NCBI GenBank assembly: GCA_023136205.1
Contig: JAGLRQ010000056.1
Coordinates: 1-14,938 of the forward strand
Direction of reading: 5' to 3'
DNA: 14,938 nt
Origin: Candidatus Auribacterota bacterium
Lineage (GTDB): Bacteria; Auribacterota; UBA6266
Below the pieces are notes generated by a model. The model was not told the origin of the DNA. It made no database searches and saw only the letters and a program-made list of their open reading frames with translations. Shown here piece by piece: positions 6,267 to 13,261 of this stretch (the stretch's first letter is position 1; each line of letters starts with the position of its first letter). The position numbers and the translations under genes are program-made.

Positions 6267-7880
6267 TTAAGCATTTCTTCTACTGGCAAACGCCTTTATT
6301 ATTTGATCAAGTTCAACGATTCCCATCAAACGGCATAGAACAAAAACCAATAACCCGGCAATGCCCATTGGGACAAACACGTTTATGAACTTTAAGAGAA
6401 TCCCATCCCTTCCGGCTTCAAAGTACAAAAGCAGCCTGTATGAAAGATATGTAACAACAAACATTACAGCAGAAACAACAGCTGTTTTTATAAAGTTTGA
6501 GAAAATTTCCCTTCCCCGTATCCTTCCTATTTTTGTTCTTAATTTATAAGCCAGCAGGTACAGGCTTATCACCGCGGAAAGAGATGTGGCAACAGCAAGC
6601 CCTACATAGCCGAAAGGCACAACAAGAATCAGATTTAAAATAACATTAGCCAGAAGGGCGATACAACTGATTTTAACCGGTGTCACCATATCTTTTAGAG
6701 AGTAAAAGGCCCTGACAAAGAGCATAGAGCCTCCATACGCGAACATACCTGCTGAATATGCCACAAGGGAATAATAAGTAGGCATTGCTGAATCATTCGC
6801 GGCAAATTTCCCGTAGCCAAACAACAAGTCTATTACCGGAAGGCCCAAAGCTATAAGGCCCGCCGTGGAACAAACCATAATAAAGAGTACCTGCCTCAAA
6901 GAATATGACAGTGAATTCTTCAATCCTTCCATATCGTTTTCAGCAGCCAATCCTGACATATGTGAAAATGCAACGGTGGAAATGGACACAGCAAAAACCC
7001 CCAGGGGAAACTGATAAAGCCTTGTAGACACATATAAATAGGAAATAGGCCCGTCACCCAGCCACGACGCCAGAAACTGGTCAACCAGCAGATTAATCTG
7101 TGTAATACCCATTCCCCAAATCGCGGGGCTCATTAACAATAAAACCTTTTTAACCGCGGGATGTTTAAATGTCCGGGAAAATGTAAATCTTAAATTCTTC
7201 ATCTTAAAAGCCGGTAGTTGTATCAACACCTGCAGAAGACTTCCAACCAGAACACCAATTGCAAGACCATAAACCATGTTCTGCTGCAGCGGGCCCATAA
7301 TGGGACATATAAAAAGAGCCGCGAGTATAAATACTATATTCTGCACAGCAGGGCCCAGCGCGGGTAAAAAGAAATGCCTGGCCGAATTAAGTAACCCCGC
7401 GAATAAAGCCGCAATTCCTATAAAAAGAATGAACGGGAACATCATTCTGGTAAGGCCTATGGCCAAATCAAGCTTTTCCGGATTTTTTAAAAACCCCATG
7501 GTAAAAAAACGCACTATTAGAGGGCTCAACAACATACCCATAATGGACACAACGAACAATATGCAGAAAAAAGTAACAAGCAGCCCGCCGGCAAATTCAC
7601 TAACCTTCTTCGGCGGTTTCGTTTTCAGCCACCTGGTAAAAACAGGTATAACACCGGCACTTAAAGCTCCCTCCGCGAAAAGGCGCCTTAAAGTAGATGG
7701 TATTCTAAGCGCCGCAAAAAAGGCATCGGTTACCCATGGGTCAAACATGGTAAGAACAAAGACTTCCCTTATCAAGCCCAGTATCCGGCTCAAAATCACA
7801 GCAAATCCTATAACGGCGGCCCCTCTGGTTATTTCAGGGTTTCCGGATTTTTTCAATTCTCTATTACTGTCAGACAGCAT
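6267..7880 (-). CDS. murJ: Lipid II flippase MurJ (MviN family), 537 aa
   Basis: The N-terminus ...AAVIGFAVILSRILGLIREVFVLTMFDPWVTDAFFAALRIPSTLRRLFAEGALSAGVIPVF is the conserved MurJ/MviN signature. The protein is polytopic and hydrophobic throughout, and ~14 TM segments are plausible. Confidence 0.9.
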   Translation of the reverse strand: MLSDSNRELKKSGNPEITRGAAVIGFAVILSRILGLIREVFVLTMFDPWVTDAFFAALRIPSTLRRLFAEGALSAGVIPVFTRWLKTKPPKKVSEFAGGLLVTFFCILFVVSIMGMLLSPLIVRFFTMGFLKNPEKLDLAIGLTRMMFPFILFIGIAALFAGLLNSARHFFLPALGPAVQNIVFILAALFICPIMGPLQQNMVYGLAIGVLVGSLLQVLIQLPAFKMKNLRFTFSRTFKHPAVKKVLLLMSPAIWGMGITQINLLVDQFLASWLGDGPISYLYVSTRLYQFPLGVFAVSISTVAFSHMSGLAAENDMEGLKNSLSYSLRQVLFIMVCSTAGLIALGLPVIDLLFGYGKFAANDSAMPTYYSLVAYSAGMFAYGGSMLFVRAFYSLKDMVTPVKISCIALLANVILNLILVVPFGYVGLAVATSLSAVISLYLLAYKLRTKIGRIRGREIFSNFIKTAVVSAVMFVVTYLSYRLLLYFEAGRDGILLKFINVFVPMGIAGLLVFVLCRLMGIVELDQIIKAFASRRNA

Positions 7881-7909
7881 CTACAACACCCTTCAGGTTT
7901 AAAATATAC

Positions 7910-7938
7910 TTGACATCAGAGGGCTCTTCTATTAGATT
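7910..7938 (+). promoter_or_regulatory. Candidate sigma70-type promoter for rpsT
   Basis: TTGACA (7910..7915), a 17-nt spacer, then TAGATT (7933..7938). GGAGG at 7976..7980 lies 10 nt before the ATG at 7991. Confidence 0.5.
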
Positions 7939-7990
7939 ACCATATCTGAAAACCAGGTCTTATTCTATAATTTATGGAGGTTAGGTAATT

Positions 7991-8245
7991 ATGCCCAATA
8001 TTAAATCAGCTAAAAAAAGAATGCGCGGCAGCGAGCAAAAACGACTTAGAAACAAGGCAACAATATCCGAGATAAAAACTTATTCTTCCAGGATAATAAA
8101 ACTTTGCGAGGAAGGCAAGAAAGATGAAGCCCGCCCTGCTTTTAAGAAAGCTTCTTCTGTTATAGATAAAGCATCCCTTAAAGGAATTGTTCATAAAAAC
8201 ACCGCGGCAAGAAAAAAATCAAAACTGGCCAAATTGCTGAAATAA
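7991..8245 (+). CDS. rpsT: 30S ribosomal protein S20
   Basis: MPNIKSAKKRMRGSEQKRLRNKA... is the canonical S20 N-terminus. The protein is 84 aa and basic, with a strong upstream SD. Confidence 0.95.
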   Translation: MPNIKSAKKRMRGSEQKRLRNKATISEIKTYSSRIIKLCEEGKKDEARPAFKKASSVIDKASLKGIVHKNTAARKKSKLAKLLK

Positions 8246-8263
8246 ACAACTTAAACCGGACTT

Positions 8264-9280
8264 TCAAATTCTTATACGTTTTAAATTACTATTCTCAATT
8301 TTTTCTCGCGCGCAAAGTTCCAGTATAAATTTTTCCATCAAAGCCTGGCTCGCGTTATCGGGGCTAAGCCTCATCTTTACCATGGCGGAAGCAAACGCCT
8401 GGATTTTATCTAATAAACTCTCAATTTCAAATTTCGCCGCTGACTCTTTAATCTTTTTAAGCCTCCAGGCTCCTGAAGCCAATCCCAGTCTTTGCGCGAT
8501 TTTTACATCCGACATCTTCCCGCGAACCATCAATTTAACAAGGGCAGCCTCAACAAGCTGTTTATGAAGAACATATAAAAGCTTTGTTATCGCACTAATA
8601 TCCATATTCATTTTCCTGAAAATGCCTATCGCTTTATCCTCTGCCCCCATCACAATATTGTTTACCAGACCCCAGAAATTACCCCCCTCTGAAGAAACGA
8701 TTTCCAAAACATCCTGTTCCGAAATCTCCTTTGAATCACAGGTATATACAAGCAATTTCTCTATTTCTGTTTTCAAAAGTTCGGGTTCTTCTCCTGTCAT
8801 TTCAGAAAATACCGCGGCAGAATTAGAGCTTATCTTTCTCCCGTTACTTTCCACAACTTTTTTTATCCATGGAACAATATCCCATGATTTTAACCGGGGA
8901 CAATGTTTTATAAACTCTTTAGAAATTGATTTGAGCGAACCGGCAATAACAGGAGAAAGCTTCAAAAATACAAATACGATACAATTTGAAGCAAAAGGAT
9001 TTTTAAGATAAGAAATAATTTTTTTAAGAGAGGCCGCGCCAAATTTTTCCGAGCCCCTTACAATTATAAGCCTTTGACTCCCAAAAAGTGATACCGTTGA
9101 AACCTCGTCAATAATCCTCTCTATACTGGTATCCTCTGAATGAAAAACGCTAACTTCTTCGCCGCCTGTATCATAAAAAAGTTTTTTTATGGATCGGATA
9201 ATTTCTTCTGACCGGAGAAAATTGCCCCCATAAACCAGATAAGAAGGCTGGAGACTTTGACTTTTTCGGTTAGACTGCAT
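8264..9280 (-). CDS. holA: DNA polymerase III delta subunit
   Basis: The protein is 338 aa. The N-terminal block YLVYGGNFLRSEEIIRSIKK...VSLFGSQRLIIVRG is typical of HolA. It sits directly downstream of lptE, the conserved lptE-holA synteny of diderms, and its ATG is 3 nt after the lptE stop. Confidence 0.8.
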   Translation of the reverse strand: MQSNRKSQSLQPSYLVYGGNFLRSEEIIRSIKKLFYDTGGEEVSVFHSEDTSIERIIDEVSTVSLFGSQRLIIVRGSEKFGAASLKKIISYLKNPFASNCIVFVFLKLSPVIAGSLKSISKEFIKHCPRLKSWDIVPWIKKVVESNGRKISSNSAAVFSEMTGEEPELLKTEIEKLLVYTCDSKEISEQDVLEIVSSEGGNFWGLVNNIVMGAEDKAIGIFRKMNMDISAITKLLYVLHKQLVEAALVKLMVRGKMSDVKIAQRLGLASGAWRLKKIKESAAKFEIESLLDKIQAFASAMVKMRLSPDNASQALMEKFILELCAREKIENSNLKRIRI

Positions 9281-9283
9281 CTC

Positions 9284-9856
9284 TCACCAGCGCTCAACAA
9301 CTTTTTGCAGTATTTTTTTTGACACCCGGTCAGCGGCACGCCACATCGCGGAACGCTCGGTTTCATAAATATCGGAACTGGAGATAACAGCATTCTGCTC
9401 TCTCTCTAAAGGAATCGACCTTTTCTTAGCAGCAGGGAGATCGGTTTCGAGAAAGTATCCGTTTTCCGCTTTAATTTTTACATCCCTGAAAATATATTCT
9501 CTCTGTTCCTGATCCCAAAGATCAAACACCACAGCTAATTCAAACAGGTATTCAGTAACAGTCCGAAAGTCATCTCCGGTGCTTCTTCCTCCAACTCTTT
9601 TCCAGCTGATTATTTTGCCTGTAAGTAAAAGGTCCGCTTTATCCTTATTTATCACTTCGAGAGACCCATCCAGTTGAAATTCTTTTATAACAGAATTTGT
9701 AATATAAACCTCTACGTTATCCTGAAAAGTTTCATTCCTAAAAACAGGGATAGCCATAGTTTTATAACCTTCCAGAACAATAGAACCGGTTTTATATCCG
9801 CATCCTCCTGCACTTGCTAAAACTAAAACCGCAAAAAAAGCTAAAATCTTGTTCAT
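9284..9856 (-). CDS. lptE: LPS-assembly lipoprotein LptE-like
   Basis: The signal peptide plus lipobox is MNKILAFFAVLVLASAGG-C-GYK. The size (190 aa) fits, as does the position immediately upstream of holA. Its ATG overlaps the upstream stop (ATGA at 9856..9853). The family call rests on synteny plus the lipoprotein signal rather than a strong motif. Confidence 0.6.
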   Translation of the reverse strand: MNKILAFFAVLVLASAGGCGYKTGSIVLEGYKTMAIPVFRNETFQDNVEVYITNSVIKEFQLDGSLEVINKDKADLLLTGKIISWKRVGGRSTGDDFRTVTEYLFELAVVFDLWDQEQREYIFRDVKIKAENGYFLETDLPAAKKRSIPLEREQNAVISSSDIYETERSAMWRAADRVSKKILQKVVERW

Positions 9857-11115
9857 TTATCAACTTCCTCAATAGTAATTGCTTCTATTTTGGTTTCCTT
9901 GGCCTGATCATCAATTTTCTCAACTGCTCTTTCCGGTTCCGGCTGTTCGGGGAGTTCTTCCTCTCCAGGGCTCAAGATTTTTTTAATCGGGTCGGTCGCA
10001 ATTTTAACCGGCTTGGCTGCCGTATCCACCACACCTTCAACAGTTCCGGTTATTATATCAGCTGCTTCATCCAACGGCATTGTTATAGTGCCGCCAGGCT
10101 CTTTGCCGCCGTCCATCAATAAATTCTCCTTTTCAATCCGTTTTTCCTTAGCCTCCTGGGTTTCCTCCAAATTCCTGAATCTTAATGAAGAAATCTTCTT
10201 CTTCGCTTTTATAGTCCACTTGGAATCAGGATACTGGTTTATTAGGAGCTCGTAGTAAACCTTTGAAGACACAAAATTACCCGCTTTTTCATAAAAGACC
10301 CCGTTCATGAACAACTCTTCCGCTTTCCGGTCTTCCAATTCCGCAAGAAGCTTTACAGCTTCTTCTTTCTTCTCACTTTCCGGATATTTCCTTTTAAACT
10401 GTAAAAATTCCTTTATCGCGTTATCAGTCGCCTCCTGATCATATTGCGGCCCCTTTGATTTTGTATACCATGTAAGGGCTACCTGGAACTTGGCATTATC
10501 AGAAAAATCCGATTTAGGATAATTTTCAATCACTTTTTCAAAAGCTTCAACCGCTTCATTGTAATCCCTAACTTTCTGGTAAGCAAAACCCGCCTTGAGC
10601 TGGGCTTTGGGAGCAAGCTCAGAATACGGCGCCTGTTCGACAATAAATTCAAAAATCTCTGAGGCTTTATCTATCGCGGATAAAACTTTAAATTTCCAGA
10701 GATACCTTTTCCCCCCGGAAAGAAAATCATTTCCTATCCTATAAATCTTATCTAAAATTTCATCTACCTGCCCATAAGAAGGATATTTTTCAAGGATAGA
10801 CTTATACGCGAGATAAGCTTCATAATACTGGCCCCTCTTTTCATAAACCCTTCCAAGAGCCATCTGCCCCTCCGGGGCAAAAGCCGAAGCAGGAAAAAAT
10901 TTCGCGACTTTTTTATATTCATACGCGGCTTTTTCATATTCTCTTTTGTTCTCAAGAGACCTTGCATGCTCCATTTGAAGTTTAGCTGTTTTCTTGGGTT
11001 CCCACTTCGGATTTACGAATTTGCCGGATTCAGGAGTCCATATCCACAGCGCGGGAGTCAGCGTCGGCGCCAAAACGGCTAAAAAAAATAGTATAACCCC
11101 CATAAACTTTGCCAT
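9853..11115 (-). CDS. BamD/YfiO-like TPR outer-membrane assembly protein with acidic C-terminal extension
   Basis: TPR-like repeats of the YfiO type are present: ...YEKAAYEYKKVAKFFPASAFAPEGQMALGRVYEKRGQYYEAYLAYKSILEKYPSY..., ...VEQAPYSELAPKAQLKAGFAYQKVRDYNEAVEAFEKVIENYPKS..., ...YYELLINQYPDSKW.... I place the start at ATG 11115 (MAKFMGVILFF...) because GGAG lies 9 nt upstream. The track ORF extends to 11151. The N-terminus is hydrophobic but has no lipobox Cys. Confidence 0.6.
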   Translation of the reverse strand: MAKFMGVILFFLAVLAPTLTPALWIWTPESGKFVNPKWEPKKTAKLQMEHARSLENKREYEKAAYEYKKVAKFFPASAFAPEGQMALGRVYEKRGQYYEAYLAYKSILEKYPSYGQVDEILDKIYRIGNDFLSGGKRYLWKFKVLSAIDKASEIFEFIVEQAPYSELAPKAQLKAGFAYQKVRDYNEAVEAFEKVIENYPKSDFSDNAKFQVALTWYTKSKGPQYDQEATDNAIKEFLQFKRKYPESEKKEEAVKLLAELEDRKAEELFMNGVFYEKAGNFVSSKVYYELLINQYPDSKWTIKAKKKISSLRFRNLEETQEAKEKRIEKENLLMDGGKEPGGTITMPLDEAADIITGTVEGVVDTAAKPVKIATDPIKKILSPGEEELPEQPEPERAVEKIDDQAKETKIEAITIEEVDK

Positions 11116-11212
11116 AGTCTTTGTCTCCAAACCTTGTTCCGGATTTAACATATCTATTCATGTTCCTTCATAGCTGAATATTTTCTTACGCGTTTACCAT
11201 AAAAATCAGTTT

Positions 11213-11241
11213 ATATTATCGGAGCACATTTTAAGTGTCAA
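11213..11241 (-). promoter_or_regulatory. Candidate sigma70-type promoter for the bamD-like/lptE/holA operon
   Basis: The minus strand reads TTGACA (11241..11236), a 17-nt spacer, then TAATAT (11218..11213). This is ~98 nt upstream of ATG 11115. Confidence 0.45.
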
Positions 11242-11245
11242 TAAG

Positions 11246-11369
11246 ATAATCCCAGATTTTGCATTAGCAAAATCTGCCCAAAGGGCGAACCCAAGAAAAT
11301 CCTGACGGGATTTTGTTGAAAAGGTTCGGGTAATCCCATATGTGTTTCTAATGCAAAATCCGGGATAAT
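11246..11369. repeat. 124-bp element bounded by 22-bp imperfect terminal inverted repeats, with nested internal hairpins (MITE-like or structured RNA)
   Basis: IR-L is ATAATCCCAGATTTTGCATTAG (11246..11267). The reverse complement of IR-R (11348..11369) is ATTATCCCGGATTTTGCATTAG, a 20/22 match. There is an internal perfect 10-bp hairpin, CAGATTTTGC-ATTA-GCAAAATCTG (11253..11276). There is also a nested stem, CGAACC (11286..11291)/GGTTCG (11323..11328), which encloses AAAATCC/GGATTTT. Confidence 0.55.
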
Positions 11370-11389
11370 TGTCGGACATTACTTTTTAT

Positions 11390-12352
11390 TCATGCTTTTC
11401 CATGCTCAAAAACCTGCCAGGCACATCCCATTAGGCCGCCATCGTTACCCAGCTTCGCGGGAACAATCTTTAATCTCTCGGAATAAATCTGCATCACCCT
11501 CTCCTTCAGAGTCTTTCTCACGGGCTTGAAAATAAGTCCTCCGGCTTTTGCCACCCCCCCGCCAATAACAACAATTTCCGGGTCAAGCAGGTTTACTACC
11601 CCCGCCAGGCAAACTCCCAGATATTCGCCTGTTTCATCCCATATTTGTTTCGCAAGAGCATCACCACTTTTCGCGGCATTAGCAATGTCAAGCGGGGTTA
11701 TTTTATGGTACTTCCCTTTAAACCACCGCGCCAAAATAGATTTATTATGTCTCTTTAGATATCCAACTGTTCTTTTAACTATATAAGAATTACCCACATA
11801 TGATTCCACACAAGCCTTACCCCCGCAGGCACACGCGGGGCCCTCTACGTTAACAGGCATATGCCCAATTTCCCCCCCGGCCATAAAACTTCCGTGATAG
11901 AGCTTATTTTCCAGGATTAAACCGCCGCCAACCCCTGTCCCCAGTGTAATACAGATTGCGTTTCTCGCACCCTTAGCTGCCCCATAAGCATATTCCCCTA
12001 ACGCCATCATATTGGCATCATTATCTACATAAACAGGTTTTCCCATCCTTTTTTTAAACTCTTTCGCAAGATGGACACTATCCCATCCCTTGATATTAAC
12101 AAGAGTATGTATTATCCCTTTTTTGTGATCGATATGTCCCGGAGCGCCAATGCCAACCCCCACAAAATTTTTTCCGGCAACACTATTCTCTTTCAATAAA
12201 TTTTTTATAACCGAAACCGATTTTTCAACCCAGGAATCAAATTTATTAAATTTCTGTGTTTCAAAATGCGTCCTGCCTGCCATCTTACCCCTCTTTGATA
12301 TAACGGCAACTTTTGTATAAGTCCCCCCAAGGTCGATACCTACCGCATACAT
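11390..12352 (-). CDS. glk: ROK-family glucokinase (sugar kinase, no N-terminal HTH)
   Basis: The ATPase phosphate-1 motif MYAVGIDLGGTYTKVAV is at the extreme N-terminus. The ROK signature region is ...GTGVGGGLILENKLYHGSFMAGGEIGHMPV.... The Zn-binding cysteine cluster is PACACGGKACVESY. GGAGG lies 7 nt upstream of the ATG. Confidence 0.85.
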   Translation of the reverse strand: MYAVGIDLGGTYTKVAVISKRGKMAGRTHFETQKFNKFDSWVEKSVSVIKNLLKENSVAGKNFVGVGIGAPGHIDHKKGIIHTLVNIKGWDSVHLAKEFKKRMGKPVYVDNDANMMALGEYAYGAAKGARNAICITLGTGVGGGLILENKLYHGSFMAGGEIGHMPVNVEGPACACGGKACVESYVGNSYIVKRTVGYLKRHNKSILARWFKGKYHKITPLDIANAAKSGDALAKQIWDETGEYLGVCLAGVVNLLDPEIVVIGGGVAKAGGLIFKPVRKTLKERVMQIYSERLKIVPAKLGNDGGLMGCAWQVFEHGKA

Positions 12353-12375
12353 ACAATTCCTCCATACTTTACTTT

Positions 12376-12467
12376 GGTTACTAGGTTATTGAGTTATTAG
12401 GTTATTAAGTTAGCAGATTAATTATTCAATACTTAGTAACTCAATAACGCAGTAACTTAATAACTAA
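12376..12467. repeat. Intergenic array of four copies of a 12-15-nt motif (GTTATT[G/A]AGTTA), two direct and two inverted, with 16-nt periodicity
   Basis: The forward copies are TAGGTTATTGAGTTA (12382..12396) and TAGGTTATTAAGTTA (12398..12412). The reverse copies are TAACTCAATAAC (12437..12448) and TAACTTAATAAC (12453..12464). A partial GGTTAC lies at 12376..12381. The array sits between the tatD stop (12482) and the glk start (12352). Confidence 0.6.
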
Positions 12468-12481
12468 TTTTCATTTCTAAT

Positions 12482-13258
12482 TTATTCTAATCCAAAAACC
12501 TTGTTAGCATTTAAATAAACTCTCTCAGCAAATACTGTTTTGCTTTCCCCTCTGAGTTCAGCAATATAATCAGTTATCCCCGCAACATTTGACGGCTCAT
12601 TCATCTTACCCCTCTTCCATTGTGGAGACAGGTACGGGCAATCGGTTTCTGTGAGTATCGTCGTATCTTTCAATGATACAGCTGCTAAACGGACATCATC
12701 TGATTTAGGAAATGTAATATTACCGGAAAATGAGATATAACAACCCATATTTTCGAGTGCCAGGGCATGGTCTTTTGTCCCCGAAAAACAATGCATTATA
12801 ACGGGAGAGTTATCAACAGAATGCGTTTTAAGCATTTTTACAACATCCTCATAAGCATCCCTGCAATGAACACAGACTGGAAGACTTCTCGATGCGGCAT
12901 AATCGAGAAAATATTTAAACGTTTTTTTTTGTTCTTCTTTAGGCACAACCTCTCTATAATAATCCAGCCCGACTTCTCCAACAGCTATAAACTCTTTTCT
13001 TGAAAACAGATCATCCAGCATTTTCCCCGAGATCTCACACAGATGTTTCGCAGAATATGGATGAAGCCCAAACGAAAAATATATTTTAACCCGGCTTTTT
13101 GAGATATCCAGTGACTGGGTTTCTCGTAATTCTTGTAAATCTGCTGAAATAGATAAAATCTTTTCAACACCATTAAAACGCGCTGACTGAAGAACATCCG
13201 TAAACTTCTGCTTAAGCTGTTTGGAAACCATATGCGCGTGAGTGTCAAAATATGGCAC
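12482..13258 (-). CDS. tatD: TatD-family metal-dependent hydrolase/DNase
   Basis: The protein starts at GTG (13258..13256). (M)PYFDTHAHM is the TatD HxH metal motif. Later blocks are ...AVGEVGLDYY..., ...PVCVHCRDA..., ...VIMHCFSG... and ...LTETDCPYL.... It is 258 aa. Confidence 0.9.
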   Translation of the reverse strand: MPYFDTHAHMVSKQLKQKFTDVLQSARFNGVEKILSISADLQELRETQSLDISKSRVKIYFSFGLHPYSAKHLCEISGKMLDDLFSRKEFIAVGEVGLDYYREVVPKEEQKKTFKYFLDYAASRSLPVCVHCRDAYEDVVKMLKTHSVDNSPVIMHCFSGTKDHALALENMGCYISFSGNITFPKSDDVRLAAVSLKDTTILTETDCPYLSPQWKRGKMNEPSNVAGITDYIAELRGESKTVFAERVYLNANKVFGLE

Positions 13259-13261
13259 AGT

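Noticed and set aside
2568-6549. Plus-strand ORFs in the track lie inside or across the minus-strand defence genes and the murJ 3' end: 2568..2798, 3375..3671, 3542..3823, 5287..5595, 5349..5564, 5928..6143, 6170..6388 and 6361..6549.
   Set aside because: All are short (62-102 aa) and low-complexity, and they sit antisense to long ORFs that carry clear family motifs. None has an SD or a recognisable motif. ORF 6170..6388 also runs straight through the murJ terminator hairpin. I treat them as shadow ORFs.
7276-7902. A 208-aa plus-strand ORF lies antisense to murJ.
   Set aside because: It lies entirely within the well-supported murJ gene. Its product is rich in A/S/K/N/P with no motif, and it has no ribosome-binding site. 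Long antisense frames of this kind are common opposite membrane-protein genes.
11116-11151. The track ORF gives the BamD-like protein a 12-codon N-terminal extension (MLNPEQGLETKT).
   Set aside because: ATG 11115 has GGAG 9 nt upstream and begins directly with a signal-like hydrophobic segment. The upstream ATG has no SD.
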